A DNA stretch of 64,000 nucleotides from Nitrososphaerota archaeon (GCA_011605725.1 JAAOZP010000012.1:1-64000); one strand, 5' to 3'; shown: positions 9,897 through 20,853, counted from the first letter of the stretch. Notes: generated from the sequence alone by a model not told the origin. A program made the numbers and translations.

Positions 9897-12077
9897 TCAG
9901 TATTCGATCAGCAACGCCTCGTAGAGCATGAGCCTCGGCAACACGAACCGTAAAAACCCTTTTTCAAAGGACCATTCTAGATTTTTTTCGAGAGTAAGAG
10001 CCTTAACTGTTCGAGGCTCCTCTTCAAACCTTATCTTGAAAGAAATATTCTCCACTGGAAAGACCCTTTTGAAAGGCCTTCTAAGAGCATACGTGAAGTT
10101 AACCAGGTGAAGCATACGGTAGTTCCTCCCCCTGAAAACAGTTATTTCAACAGTCTCAGGAGCATCTGTCTCAAAGTCGCACACATTCCCACCGGCCCAT
10201 TTGACAGAGTTTTCAATTATCTTAAGATAGTCTAGGAAACCGTTGTTCCAGTATTGCCCTGCAAAAGTACATGGGAAGTAAACAGCCCTGCCTCTTCCAA
10301 ACTCTGAAGCTACGATTGTTGGAAAACCCGTTTCACGAGTAAGATCCCCATACCTGGCTGGAGCAGGCTCCAACTGTAGGCAGACAGGCAATCCTTGAGA
10401 AACAGTGGTTTGAAGCACGAATTCAGGGCTTGGAAGTATTCTTAGGCCTTCAGGAGTGGTTTTAAACTGGGGTACTCCCGAAACCAGCTCATGATCCTTC
10501 TTAATAACCATGTAGTCCCATCTTAAAGGCCCCATAACCCTGTCACCCTTCGAGACTCCGAAGACCTCGGAGAGCGCCGGGGAATCCCTGCGGCAACCCG
10601 TCTCGTCAAATATGGAAGTCTTGTATGTTGCAACCAGCCCGCCTCCTGATTCGACGAAAAACCTTACTGCATCAGCCTGTCCACTACTCATGCAGGCCAC
10701 GTTAGGCAGAATAACCAGACTATACTTTTTCAAATCCTCACTGTTAACGTTTAAATCACTTATCAGGTCGAAAGGAACATGGAGGCGGAGCAGCGCCTCG
10801 TAGAAGCCCCTCGCCTCCTCAACAGTTTTCTTCTCGCTTTCAAACTTCCATGCAGCTATTCTCTGAGCCTCGAGAAAATCGCCTGCCTGAACCCCTATTG
10901 TAACAGGCTTCTCCATCTCAACCCTTGCCTGAGCCTCTTCAGACGCTGCTTGAGGAGGAACCTCGAAGAAGAAGTCGCCTGTCCTTCTCGACCAGACTAC
11001 CGCTACCCTAGCGTCAGACTCCGCCTCCTGGTAGTAATTCTCATACTTCCTCGCCGTTTCGAAGAATCTTTTACCCTCTTCAGTCGCCTCCCTAGCGAAA
11101 CCATGGTCTTCAAACATGTCGGCACCGTTCGCCAACCCTTGAACCTTGCCCAACAAGTATTCAACATCAGGTATCCTCTGCCTGAACCATGGTTGATGCG
11201 ACGCCGCTAGGAAAAGGCAGAAAGGCTTCTCCCTCTTGATCGAGTTGGCAAGCTTTGTCGTCCAGCCCTGGAACCAGATTGGAACACTGTTCGGCAAAGT
11301 ATAGTACTGGTAGCTCTCCATCCCTATTATGCTCTGACCCTCAAACGAGTCCTCAGCACTTAAAGCGAAGCTCCAGGAGGGCCATACTTGGCCACTGTTA
11401 TTACTGTAAAGAAGGGTTTCAAACCCTTTCTCCCTAAGCTTCCTCTGCCCGTCTTTCAGAAACCTTGCGATAGAATTATACCTGAAGATTACGAACCTCC
11501 TCCACGCTGGGTCTCTCCAGTCCTCTCTAGCCGGAATCGGAAAACCATGCTCCTGCTCAAACATGCTCCTGCAATGCTTACAATAGCATGCGCCAGGATA
11601 GTAAGCAGGCCCGTCTAGAAAGATCACGTCTACACCTCTCTCAGCAATCTCCAGAATCAGTTTAAACATTCTATCCCTGTACGGCGTGTTAACGCACATT
11701 GAGAAACCGTGTCCATACAACGTGTTGATCGGCTTCCCGTCTGATTTCACCTGAGCCCAATCCTTATGCTCAGAGTAAAACTCGTCACCATAATAGTGAA
11801 CGTTAAGATATGTTCTTGTTCGAAGACCTTTCCGGTGCGCAGCCTCAACCTGTTCCCGAAGCAGGTCCCTACCACCAGCTCCCTCCCATTTAGGCAGTAC
11901 TTCACTATCATAGAGCGCGAACTCCCTGTTAATATCCCCCTTGTAGGAGACTACTTCAAGAAGGTTGCAGTTTCTCCGAGAAGCCTCGTTCACAACCCTC
12001 TCAATATTCTCCCGGCTGAAGTCTCCGTAATCCCCCCAGGTAAGCCATATGAAGCGTTTCCTCCACCATTCACCCAT
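9897..12077 (-). CDS. Glycoside hydrolase-like protein (GHL6/GH42-like TIM barrel plus beta-galactosidase trimerisation domain)
   Basis: DLLREQVEAAHRKGLR, IFLDG...CYCKHC, LVILPNVACMS...FVESGGGLVAT. Confidence 0.75.
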   Translation of the reverse strand: MGEWWRKRFIWLTWGDYGDFSRENIERVVNEASRRNCNLLEVVSYKGDINREFALYDSEVLPKWEGAGGRDLLREQVEAAHRKGLRTRTYLNVHYYGDEFYSEHKDWAQVKSDGKPINTLYGHGFSMCVNTPYRDRMFKLILEIAERGVDVIFLDGPAYYPGACYCKHCRSMFEQEHGFPIPAREDWRDPAWRRFVIFRYNSIARFLKDGQRKLREKGFETLLYSNNSGQVWPSWSFALSAEDSFEGQSIIGMESYQYYTLPNSVPIWFQGWTTKLANSIKREKPFCLFLAASHQPWFRQRIPDVEYLLGKVQGLANGADMFEDHGFAREATEEGKRFFETARKYENYYQEAESDARVAVVWSRRTGDFFFEVPPQAASEEAQARVEMEKPVTIGVQAGDFLEAQRIAAWKFESEKKTVEEARGFYEALLRLHVPFDLISDLNVNSEDLKKYSLVILPNVACMSSGQADAVRFFVESGGGLVATYKTSIFDETGCRRDSPALSEVFGVSKGDRVMGPLRWDYMVIKKDHELVSGVPQFKTTPEGLRILPSPEFVLQTTVSQGLPVCLQLEPAPARYGDLTRETGFPTIVASEFGRGRAVYFPCTFAGQYWNNGFLDYLKIIENSVKWAGGNVCDFETDAPETVEITVFRGRNYRMLHLVNFTYALRRPFKRVFPVENISFKIRFEEEPRTVKALTLEKNLEWSFEKGFLRFVLPRLMLYEALLIEY

Positions 12078-12197
12078 AGGACAGTAGACGTAAGGATGGG
12101 AATAAAGCTTTCCGGTTGAAAAAACTTCGTCCTAGGCTTTCAACACAAGCCAGCGGAAACCCTACCTGTTTAACACATAGTTCTTCAACAGGCTTAA

Positions 12198-12998
12198 TCA
12201 CAGGCGGTTCAGAATCTCGGTGAAGTCCTCACCGCTCAGCCTCCACCCCATGCTTCCAACATTCTCCTCCACATGCTCTATCCTCGAAGCCTTCGGAATA
12301 GGCACAACAGGCTCGATGCAGATCAGCCAGTTTAAAGCAACCTGAATAGGAGTCTTACCGTATTTCTCCCCGATTCTCCTCAGCAGAGTGTTTCCGGAAA
12401 CAGCTCCCTTCTCTATAGGAGTATAAGCCATGTAAAGCATTCCCTCCCTCTGGGCATACGGGATCACGTCGACATAGTCCTTCCTGTAGACTGGGCTGAA
12501 CCTGTTTTGAACAGCAGCGATATCCGTTCTCCTTAAGCATGCTCTAGCCTCCTCAATGCTTTTAACGTTGAAATTGCTTAATCCAATATGCCTAACCATA
12601 CCCTTGTTGACAAGCTCCTCCATCGCCCGCATCGTCTCGCATATCGGGAAGCTTGAGGGCCAGTGGAGAAGGTAAAGATCTATGAATGTTCCAAGCCTAT
12701 CCATGCTTCTCCTAGCAGCCTTCAAAACACCCTCATAGCTCGCGTTAGTCGGCCAAACCTTAGTCACTATGAACAACTCGTCCCTGTCGAAGCCTTTTAT
12801 CGCCCTGCCGACAAGCTCCTCAGCCCTGCCGTTAGCATACATTTCAGCAGTGTCAATCATAGTTGCGCCGAGCTCAATCCCTCGTTTAAGCGCCGCTATT
12901 GAAGCATCATCCATAGACCGGTCTTCCCCCATTCTCCATGTTCCAAGCCCAAGGCTTGAAACGCTTCGCCCAAGCTTCTTGAAAAACTTAGTGTCCAT
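12198..12998 (-). CDS. Aldo/keto reductase
   Basis: LGLGTW, IDTAEMY, DLYLLHWP, IGLSNF, PIPKAS. Confidence 0.93.
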   Translation of the reverse strand: MDTKFFKKLGRSVSSLGLGTWRMGEDRSMDDASIAALKRGIELGATMIDTAEMYANGRAEELVGRAIKGFDRDELFIVTKVWPTNASYEGVLKAARRSMDRLGTFIDLYLLHWPSSFPICETMRAMEELVNKGMVRHIGLSNFNVKSIEEARACLRRTDIAAVQNRFSPVYRKDYVDVIPYAQREGMLYMAYTPIEKGAVSGNTLLRRIGEKYGKTPIQVALNWLICIEPVVPIPKASRIEHVEENVGSMGWRLSGEDFTEILNRL

Positions 12999-13107
12999 GT
13001 TGATGAGAAGCCTTTTTCAAAATAAAAGTTTTACTCGAAAAACCCGAGCAGGAGCGGTGTTCGGAATAAGCATAAATACAGGGCTACGTAGAAGTCTTTG
13101 ACGAAAA

Positions 13108-13704
13108 ATGTACCAGCCTAAGAATTTTGAACACCTGCTTGGGTTGAAAGGGTTCAGCGACCAGCTTCTGAAAAACCATTTCACACTCTACCAGGGCTAT
13201 GTTAACAATACTAATAGGCTTGCCGAAGCCCTATCCCTACTTTTGAAAGAAGGAAAGACGGGTACACCGGAGTATGCTGAGTTGAAACGCAGGTTCGGAT
13301 GGGAGTTCAACGGGATGAGGCTACACGAATATTATTTCGGAAACATGGTTAAGAACGGTGTGGAATTAGACAAGGATTCTCAGCTTTACAAAAGCATTAG
13401 TCAAGACTTCGGCTCGTACGAAGCATGGGAGAAGGATTTCAAGGGGACTGGCGCTATGCGTGGAATAGGATGGGTTATACTCTACTATGATCCTTACGGT
13501 GGAAGACTTTTCAACACTTGGGTTAACGAGCATGACGTGGGACACTTATCCGGTGCTACACCCCTTCTAATAATGGATGTTTTCGAACACGCGTACATGA
13601 CTGACTACGGCTTGAAACGTGCAGACTATATAGAGGCGTTCTTCAAGACAATAGACTGGAAAACTGTTGAAGAAAGATTTTTAAAAAGCCTAGCTTCAAA
13701 GTAA
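13108..13704 (+). CDS. Fe/Mn superoxide dismutase family protein
   Basis: NHFTLYQGY, LHEYYF and MDVFEHAY metal-ligand motifs. Confidence 0.9.
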   Translation: MYQPKNFEHLLGLKGFSDQLLKNHFTLYQGYVNNTNRLAEALSLLLKEGKTGTPEYAELKRRFGWEFNGMRLHEYYFGNMVKNGVELDKDSQLYKSISQDFGSYEAWEKDFKGTGAMRGIGWVILYYDPYGGRLFNTWVNEHDVGHLSGATPLLIMDVFEHAYMTDYGLKRADYIEAFFKTIDWKTVEERFLKSLASK

Positions 13705-13849
13705 AAATCCGTGTTTTCCCAGCATTTTTTCTCAATAGGTTAAATGCTGTTTTTACGAGGCTTTTTAAGATGAGCATTACTGCTAGCATTGTCTGCAATA
13801 AAAAATAAAAAATATTTAAAACGGGTTTCTAAGCTGGTTTCACAATCTT

Positions 13850-13996
13850 CTAATACTTCCTATGCTTCTGGAAGCACTCCTTACAATAGACAGGCCTGCC
13901 CTCTGTGGGCTTGAAGGGAACTTCCGCTTCCTTCCCGCAGTCCGAGCAAGTTATCTTGTACATTTTCCTCGGCCTGTCCCCGTATCCTGAACTCAA
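13850..13996 (-). CDS. Small CxxC-x17-CxxC zinc-ribbon protein
   Basis: CSDCGKEAEVPFKPTEGRPVYCKEC; TTG start preceded by AGGAGGTGA. Confidence 0.85.
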   Translation of the reverse strand: MSSGYGDRPRKMYKITCSDCGKEAEVPFKPTEGRPVYCKECFQKHRKY

Positions 13997-14190
13997 CTTC
14001 TTCACCTCCTCTAACTTCGGATGCTCGTTCCCGTTAGAAAACAAGCAATCCACAACACGCCTGTAGACGCTTCCTTTTAAACATAGCTCTCACCAAGATC
14101 TGCTTGAAAAAAGGCGGGAAAGGCTTGAAAGCATCATTTTAAAGCTTTTAAAACTTAAATCTATAAACGATAAAATCATTTAGGTGGAAA

Positions 14191-14604
14191 ATGGTTTCCT
14201 GGGGTAGAGCATTTAAAGCAGCATTAGTCCTCATGGTGTTCATGATAGTCTGGGGTCTACTTGGAACAATAATATTGTTTTCCGGTGTCTTCACAGGCGT
14301 GTTTGGACAAATGTTCAACATCTCAACCGAACCTCCTTTCTTCACTGTCAACTGGACAGCCCTTGGGATAGGCGCCATATTAGTAATAATTGGGACTTTA
14401 ATAATTGTAGTGGGAACCTGGGCCTCAATATTCAAGGTTTTCACTGAGCTCATAGTGGAAGAGGTTAAGAAGACATTTCCTGCTGCCACTGCAGCCGCCC
14501 CGACGCCAACCAGCGGACCCGCATGCCCAAAGTGTGGAACTCCCTTAATGTACGTGCAGCAATATCAGAGATGGTACTGCCCAACCTGCAAGGAGTATCA
14601 GTAG
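14191..14604 (+). CDS. Membrane protein with C-terminal zinc ribbon
   Basis: Two TM helices then CPKCGTPLMYVQQYQRWYCPTC. Confidence 0.75.
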   Translation: MVSWGRAFKAALVLMVFMIVWGLLGTIILFSGVFTGVFGQMFNISTEPPFFTVNWTALGIGAILVIIGTLIIVVGTWASIFKVFTELIVEEVKKTFPAATAAAPTPTSGPACPKCGTPLMYVQQYQRWYCPTCKEYQ

Positions 14605-14776
14605 TTAGCTTAATCCTTTTTCTAAAGCATTTTCATACCGAGAGAGCGTTAAAGCAGCACTATCCTAACTGTTTCCATGATTGTCTGTGTTGCAATTTGA
14701 AGCGCAATCTTAGAACGAAACTCCAGCGCGCTCTATGATTTCGTGCAGCAGTATTGGGGACGATTTTGCCTGAACT

Positions 14777-15262
14777 CTAATGAGTACTGGAGGGGTGGAA
14801 GCTTTTTTTCAAGCTTAACGCGAACAACTCTGCCTCTTTAACCTCCTTCTCACCTGGTTTACCCTTGTTGATCCCGCCGAACGGTTTAACCCATATGGGG
14901 TAAGTGTCCCAGCCTCTGCAGTTGAACTCACCCAGGATTCTGAAACCCTTGGCCAGGAGCCTGTGTCTCAGAGGCTTGTTGAAATCATGTATAAGCCTTA
15001 TCCTCCTTAACCCGCTTGTGGAGAAGATGAACGCTCCCTTACCGTTTTGGCTTGGAAGCCTGTGGACAAGGCTGAAAAGACTCGGGTGATGCTTTCCAAA
15101 GTAGATGCCGGAGCCGAACCCGATTAAATCATAGTTGCAGACATAGCTAGCATCCACCTCCGCAGGCTTAGACATGTCTGCTTCAAGCACGCTTGCGATA
15201 GCTTTAGCAATCTTCTCAGTATTACCATGATGTATAGAAACGTATATGATGAGGGTTTTCAT
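14777..15262 (-). CDS. Flavodoxin family protein
   Basis: MKTLIIYVSIHHGNTEKIA, GFGSGIY, GEFNCRGWDT; start reassigned to 15262. Confidence 0.85.
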   Translation of the reverse strand: MKTLIIYVSIHHGNTEKIAKAIASVLEADMSKPAEVDASYVCNYDLIGFGSGIYFGKHHPSLFSLVHRLPSQNGKGAFIFSTSGLRRIRLIHDFNKPLRHRLLAKGFRILGEFNCRGWDTYPIWVKPFGGINKGKPGEKEVKEAELFALSLKKSFHPSSTH

Positions 15263-15293
15263 CACGCACTCTTCAGATTCTATGCTCACACTG

Positions 15294-16118
15294 TTAAGGT
15301 ATGAACTGCTCCAGGAACTTTTTAGCCAGCAGTAGGCCCTCCTTATACTCGTAGAACGGGTCCTCATGCTCAATGCTTAAAGCATAATCATACTTGTGTT
15401 TTTTAAGAACAGTTATGAAGTCAGCCCAGTCGAGCTCGCCGAAGCCTGGAAGCCTATGGGGACACCATCCCTCACTCCTTATCCCGTTCTCCGCAACCTT
15501 CTCCCAAAGTATTTGAGCATCCTTCATGTGAGTATGGTATATTCTGTCTCCAAACTCGTCAGCAGCCCTGACCGCGTCTATCATTTGACAAACCAGGTGG
15601 CTCGGGTCGAACTCCAGCCCCAGGTTTCTAGAAGGCACTGCTTCAAACATTCTTCTCCATATGTCTGGCCTGTAGGCAATGTTACCCGGACAGTTTTCAA
15701 TAGCTATTCTTATTCCCCTGTCCTCAGCAAGGTTTATTATTTCAGGCCAGTTTTTCCCAATCTCCCTAATATTGTCCTCCACGCTCCCCGGGTGGAGACC
15801 TATCCAGCCGGTTACAACAGGAACCTCAATCCTGTAGGCTGCTTCAATAAGCTCTTTGAAAAACTCTTTCGCTGTTTTCCTCTTCTCCTCAACAGGATCT
15901 ATCGGGTTCCCGTAGAAGCCTACTGCGGAGATTATTGTTTTAAAAGAGTTGAGAACATCCTTAACCATCCTAGGGTTTGAAACAACTTCTTTAACGTTGA
16001 AGAAGCTGTTTCCAGGTCCAGTAGCTATGGAGATGGATTTGAAACCCTTAGCCTCAGCCCATTGAAGAGTCTCCCTCAGACCACCCAGCTGCCCACTGGT
16101 TAAGAACCCTATGAACAT
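15294..16118 (-). CDS. Sugar phosphate isomerase/epimerase (xylose isomerase-like TIM barrel)
   Basis: IAIENCP, FDPSH, HTHMKD, LSIEHED. Confidence 0.88.
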   Translation of the reverse strand: MFIGFLTSGQLGGLRETLQWAEAKGFKSISIATGPGNSFFNVKEVVSNPRMVKDVLNSFKTIISAVGFYGNPIDPVEEKRKTAKEFFKELIEAAYRIEVPVVTGWIGLHPGSVEDNIREIGKNWPEIINLAEDRGIRIAIENCPGNIAYRPDIWRRMFEAVPSRNLGLEFDPSHLVCQMIDAVRAADEFGDRIYHTHMKDAQILWEKVAENGIRSEGWCPHRLPGFGELDWADFITVLKKHKYDYALSIEHEDPFYEYKEGLLLAKKFLEQFIP

Positions 16119-16224
16119 TTTTCCTCGAATAAAACAGTGTGACAGCAGCTTATAAGGCTTGTTTCAAAACATTTGCCGCCAGGCCTTTGGAAAAATTTTT
16201 AGCCCTTGCTGTAAACATACCGTC

Positions 16225-17061
16225 ATGCTTAAATGGAGAATCGGCACCTCCACCTACAGTTTCTGGCATTTCCTTCCCGAAAAGGTTCCGATAGAGTTCG
16301 TTATGGAGAAATCCCGGGAACTCGAGCTAGACGGGGTTGAAATACTCCATGTTCAAATGGAAAGCGAGAACAGCAACTACATAAACAGTTTGAAAAGCCT
16401 GGCTTTAAGCCTCGGCTTAGATATTTATTGTCTCGCTACGCATCAGAATTTCGTCAAGCCAAGCCGGGAGCAGAGGGAGAAAGAGGTTGAGCATACGAAG
16501 CGCTGCTTGGAAATAGCGTATAAGCTTGGCGCCCCAGCCATAAGGCTGAACTCCGGGCGTTGGGGAACAATAAAGAGCTTCGACGAGTTGATGGCGAACA
16601 GGGGGAGGGAGCCGTCGATCCCAGGCTATACTGATGACGATGCGTTCAAATGGGTGGTTGAATCCATAGAGGAATGTCTGCCTGTTGCAGAGAACCTTGG
16701 AGTAGTAATGGCGCTGGAGAACCATTGGGGCTTGACGGCTACGCCTGAGGGAGTTGTTAGAATAATTGAAGCCGTCAACTCGAAGTGGCTGAAGGCCCTT
16801 ATGGATACTGGGAACTTCATCGAGGACACGTATGATAGTCTTAGGAAAATAGCGCCCTACACGATTCTGGTTCACGTGAAAACCTACTACGGTGGCGGCG
16901 TATGGTATGAGCTGAACATAGATTACTCCAAAGTGTTCAACATACTTCGGGAGGCCGGGTACAAGGGTTATCTCTCAATAGAGTTTGAAGGAAAAGAGGA
17001 CGCTGCCTCCGGAGTCTATAAGACGAGGAAAATGCTGCTTGAGCATTTTGAAAAACAGTAG
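16225..17061 (+). CDS. Sugar phosphate isomerase/epimerase (xylose isomerase-like TIM barrel)
   Basis: ALENHWG, MDTGNF, VHVK, LSIEFEG. Confidence 0.88.
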   Translation: MLKWRIGTSTYSFWHFLPEKVPIEFVMEKSRELELDGVEILHVQMESENSNYINSLKSLALSLGLDIYCLATHQNFVKPSREQREKEVEHTKRCLEIAYKLGAPAIRLNSGRWGTIKSFDELMANRGREPSIPGYTDDDAFKWVVESIEECLPVAENLGVVMALENHWGLTATPEGVVRIIEAVNSKWLKALMDTGNFIEDTYDSLRKIAPYTILVHVKTYYGGGVWYELNIDYSKVFNILREAGYKGYLSIEFEGKEDAASGVYKTRKMLLEHFEKQ

Positions 17062-17160
17062 TAAAACCATTTAAGAGGAGAGGCTTCCCTTAGAATCAGG
17101 CTGGCAGCATGCAGGGCGTGATAAAAAATATTTCTTCCAGTGGAATAAGGCTGTATCCAT

Positions 17161-17886
17161 ATGGTTAAGACGAAGAATGAGCTGCGTGAAGAAGTATGGA
17201 GGAAGATGGAGGAGCTTCACGTAGCCCGTTTCCCAGGAGCCTTCGGGAGAATCCCAAACTTTACGGGTGCTGAGAAAGCAGCCTTAAAGCTTACTAGGCT
17301 GGAAGAATGGAGGAGAAGCAGCGTGGTTAAGGTTAACCCCGACTCGCCTCAGGCGCCTGTCAGGCGTTTAGCGCTTCTGAATAACATGGTGGTGATAATG
17401 CCTACTCCAAGGCTAAGGGAGGGCTTCCTGCTTCTAGAGCCTGAAAAAATAGATAGACGCGACTACGGCTTCGCCTCAACGATTAAAGGCGCCTTTACCT
17501 TGGGCAGGAAGATCAAGCCGGCTGACCTGCCGAATGTGGATCTTGTGATTGTGGGAAGCGTGGCTGTTAACGAGCAGGGTGAGAGGATAGGTAAGGGTGA
17601 AGGATATTCTGAGATAGAGTGGGCTGTTGCCAGAGAGTTCGGCAAGGTTGAGGAAAACACTCCAATACTCACCACTATTCATGACGTTCAGCTTGTTAAA
17701 GAGTTCTTCGACATAGCGCCCTACGACTTGCCTTTAGACTGCGTTATAACACCGACCATGGTGCTTAAAGTTGAAAGAGTAAGGGAGAAGCCTAGAGGCT
17801 TATATTGGGATCTTATTCAGCCGGAGAAGATTAGGGAAATACCTATTCTTCAAGAAATGTTTAAAGAGCGCGTGAAAAACAGTTAA
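17161..17886 (+). CDS. 5-formyltetrahydrofolate cyclo-ligase family protein (MTHFSD-like)
   Basis: RIPNFTGAE, KVNPDSPQ, GERIGKGEGYSEIE, TTIHDVQ. Confidence 0.85.
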   Translation: MVKTKNELREEVWRKMEELHVARFPGAFGRIPNFTGAEKAALKLTRLEEWRRSSVVKVNPDSPQAPVRRLALLNNMVVIMPTPRLREGFLLLEPEKIDRRDYGFASTIKGAFTLGRKIKPADLPNVDLVIVGSVAVNEQGERIGKGEGYSEIEWAVAREFGKVEENTPILTTIHDVQLVKEFFDIAPYDLPLDCVITPTMVLKVERVREKPRGLYWDLIQPEKIREIPILQEMFKERVKNS

Positions 17887-17917
17887 ACAATTCGAAGTTA
17901 AATTAAGGCGGAAACCG

Positions 17918-18589
17918 TCAGAGTACCTTCATAGCCCACAGTATCCCGCCTAAAAGGTGTTTCCTAAACCATTCCTCGCCCCATATTTCTTGAAAATGGC
18001 CGAACGCCGTGTAGAAAACTCTGCCCCCGCCATACTCGTGGCACCAGGCTAAAGCATAATCATTATCCTCCCTAGTACCCTTGCTAAGGTCCACTGAGGA
18101 ATTATCCAAGCTTATCAACACATGCGTCCTGCTGCGGCTCCAATCCTTGAAAGTATATACTTCCTCCTTAACGTTAAACTTTTCCGGCAGATGCCTTGTG
18201 GAAGGATGATTCCTATCCTCGACTCTCACAGTAACCTCTTGAGTCCAAGGATGACCGTTGAAATATCCTCCAACCATCTCCCCGTAGGCTGGAAACTGGT
18301 AGAAAGTGTCAGCCGCGTTGTGAACACCTATAAAACCCTTCCCGTTTTTCACGAATTCTATCAGCATCCTCTTCTGCTCCTCATCCATAGGCAGCTCGCC
18401 TGTTGTGATGAAGAGTACTGCAGAGAAAACGTTTAGAAAATTCTCTTTGATGATCGAGCAATCATCAGTTGAGAAAACGTTAAACCCGTTTGAATCCCCA
18501 AGCTCCCTGAGGGTTTTAACAGCAACAGGAATATAGTCGTGTTTAAAGCCTGCTGAATGCGTTAACACCAGTAGCCTCCTAGACGGCAT
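17918..18589 (-). CDS. ThuA-like (class I glutamine amidotransferase-fold) protein
   Basis: GFKHDYI, GKGFIGVH, GRVFYTAFGH. Confidence 0.85.
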   Translation of the reverse strand: MPSRRLLVLTHSAGFKHDYIPVAVKTLRELGDSNGFNVFSTDDCSIIKENFLNVFSAVLFITTGELPMDEEQKRMLIEFVKNGKGFIGVHNAADTFYQFPAYGEMVGGYFNGHPWTQEVTVRVEDRNHPSTRHLPEKFNVKEEVYTFKDWSRSRTHVLISLDNSSVDLSKGTREDNDYALAWCHEYGGGRVFYTAFGHFQEIWGEEWFRKHLLGGILWAMKVL

Positions 18590-18682
18590 ACGTGTAAAAG
18601 CATCCTGCAAAATTTAAGCCTTACTATTCAACGCAGGCTTGAAGAGGCTTAAACTAATATATTTCTTTAAAGTGGAAGACCC

Positions 18683-18898
18683 ATGAATCCGGATAGCGCT
18701 GGATTATGGCTAATCCTCGCATTCCTCTCCGCTTTCTTCGCGGCATCAGTCACGATATTCGGTAAAATAGGCTTAAAGACTGTTGACCCCACTGTGGCTG
18801 CAGGGGTTAGGGCAGTAATAATGGCTGTAACCATGATCGGAATAATAATCATTCTTGGAAAAAGCTCGCAGATAGCGGAGTTAACGCGCGCGCTATAA
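18683..18898 (+). pseudogene. Truncated EamA/DMT transporter (N-terminal part only)
   Basis: WLILAFLSAFFAASVTIFGKIGLKTVDPTVAAGVRA is a typical EamA start; it ends at ACGCGCGCGCT (about 18884-18894). Confidence 0.75.
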
Positions 18899-19087
18899 AG
18901 TTTTGTCAATAATAAATAAAAATACAAGTAAGCAATACTTTCCACACCTCCAGGCTTTAGAGCAACGCTAGCACACGGTTAACACCCTGAGGAGATTAAA
19001 AGCCTCTCAAGGTTGGCTTTCAATACGTTTGCGAGAAAGACGGTTTAATGTTCTTCAGGAAGCGCAAGTAAGAACAGCCCATAATGC

Positions 19088-20716
19088 TCAAAACCAGCCG
19101 TAGAGACGCATTATGAACGGGGTGACGAAAGCCTCTATCACGCCTGCGACAATGAAGAAGGGCACTAGGCCCAGAATAATATAGATTGTTCTTCTTAAAG
19201 CATTCTGGAAACCAGGGTCTGAACACAGGCTCCCTGTCTTCAAAGCCTTGAGAAACTCCATCCCGAGCCTTAACCCGGCTGAGCCTGCGATTAGGAAGGC
19301 AGGGAGCTCCACCACGCCGTGTGGAAGGATAGCTGCTAGAAACATGGTCAGGTTCTGAACAATATCCTGAACAACCCCAAGGATGAACCCGTTGAAAACC
19401 AGTGTCACAAAAACCGGAGCTATAAACATGATTCCAGAGACGGCTGTAGCAAGGGAAACCTGCCAGTTGTGGAAAGATATGTCAACAGCTAGAAAGGGCA
19501 GGCTGTAGGCTGCTTCAACCAGCAAGCCCCCTCTTCCTGGGACATACCCCAAGGCATAGACTATCTGCCTGATGCCTGAGGATGACAATTGTTTACCGAG
19601 AATCACACCTAGCATGAAGACTAGTGTTGAAGAAAGGTGGAAAACCATGTTCCTAGGCTGGGAGAGGAAGCCAGCGAGCTCGCTTAAACCCTTCCCAACC
19701 TTTTCGAAGCCTGTTTTCAAAACATGTTTGAAAACATCGTTTAAAACAGGAGGGCCGAGTGGAAGCGGTGTGAACGATGGTTCAGACACTCCTTTCAAGA
19801 AAAGCATTGTTTTAAATATGTGGAAAACCGGAGTCATGATGAAGCTTAGAGTCAAAGTGGCGATGGAGGAAAACTGGACTCCAAGCAGGCCAGCCAGGAA
19901 CGCGACGGTTGAGACAAGCAGTGTCGACAAGGCTCTTAGAATACAGTACGCCAAGGTGTTAGCTGGAAGGCTTAAGCATGTTCTCACGCTTCTCCTAACT
20001 GAGCTGAAACCATACGCGCCGGATGCGGCTGCAGGGTAAGCGTAAACCGTTAAAACCGTGAGAACCATGGTTAAAATCAACGCGAACACTCCTAGGCCAA
20101 GCCAGAGGGAGAGCCTGTTGAGCAGAGCTAAGGGATCCGGGCTTGTGGAAACAAGGCTGAAAGCATCCAGAAGTATTGGAACAAGAGCAGCCAGCAGGGG
20201 GAGAAGCTTCAAGGTTTCAACCACCAGCACTGTCCAAGCCATTTTAAACCATTTAAGCCTCATTTCTTCGAAAACATCTCCTGTCGAAAGCCTGCCTTCG
20301 CGCAGAAGACGAAGGTAAGACCCGTATTCAGCTGAGTTCAGAAAGCCGCCGGAAATTATTGAAGCAGAGAGGAAAACAAACGTCGAAACAACTATGATCG
20401 TTAAGAGCGTCGGGAAAACAGGGGAGATAACGTAAACCAGTCTGGAGAACTCTCCTGTCCTTATAGACTCGGCTACAGCCATCAGGATGCCTGCGGAAGC
20501 CAGCTGCATAAGGCTAACCATTAATGCGGCGACGATTATAGACTGCTTCAAGACTTCAACAGCACTAGCCAGCATCACGGGGAGCGTTGAGGAAGGATTA
20601 AGCCTCCAAAGCCAGTAGGACACGTTGAACAGGCTTTCTAGAGAAGCCTGTTTAATTGGCAACGGGTAGGGTGGTGAAGGAAACTCTGAAGAGTATTCCG
20701 GCTGCGGCAGGCTCAC
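19088..20716 (-). CDS. Multi-pass membrane protein with C-terminal SpoIIM (DUF95) domain
   Basis: FHNWQV, NGFILG, ILPHGVVELPA, AGVIEAFVTP. Confidence 0.8.
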   Translation of the reverse strand: MSLPQPEYSSEFPSPPYPLPIKQASLESLFNVSYWLWRLNPSSTLPVMLASAVEVLKQSIIVAALMVSLMQLASAGILMAVAESIRTGEFSRLVYVISPVFPTLLTIIVVSTFVFLSASIISGGFLNSAEYGSYLRLLREGRLSTGDVFEEMRLKWFKMAWTVLVVETLKLLPLLAALVPILLDAFSLVSTSPDPLALLNRLSLWLGLGVFALILTMVLTVLTVYAYPAAASGAYGFSSVRRSVRTCLSLPANTLAYCILRALSTLLVSTVAFLAGLLGVQFSSIATLTLSFIMTPVFHIFKTMLFLKGVSEPSFTPLPLGPPVLNDVFKHVLKTGFEKVGKGLSELAGFLSQPRNMVFHLSSTLVFMLGVILGKQLSSSGIRQIVYALGYVPGRGGLLVEAAYSLPFLAVDISFHNWQVSLATAVSGIMFIAPVFVTLVFNGFILGVVQDIVQNLTMFLAAILPHGVVELPAFLIAGSAGLRLGMEFLKALKTGSLCSDPGFQNALRRTIYIILGLVPFFIVAGVIEAFVTPFIMRLYGWF

Positions 20717-20853
20717 AGCACATGATTATTGAAAAAGTATTTATCCTTTATTCTTGCAGGGCTTATTCAGCGCGCCTGAAAACGGGTTCAGCATGCTAAA
20801 ACTGAACATGTTCTAACAGTTCTTTCTGTTTCCTACAGGCATGCGCACAACTG

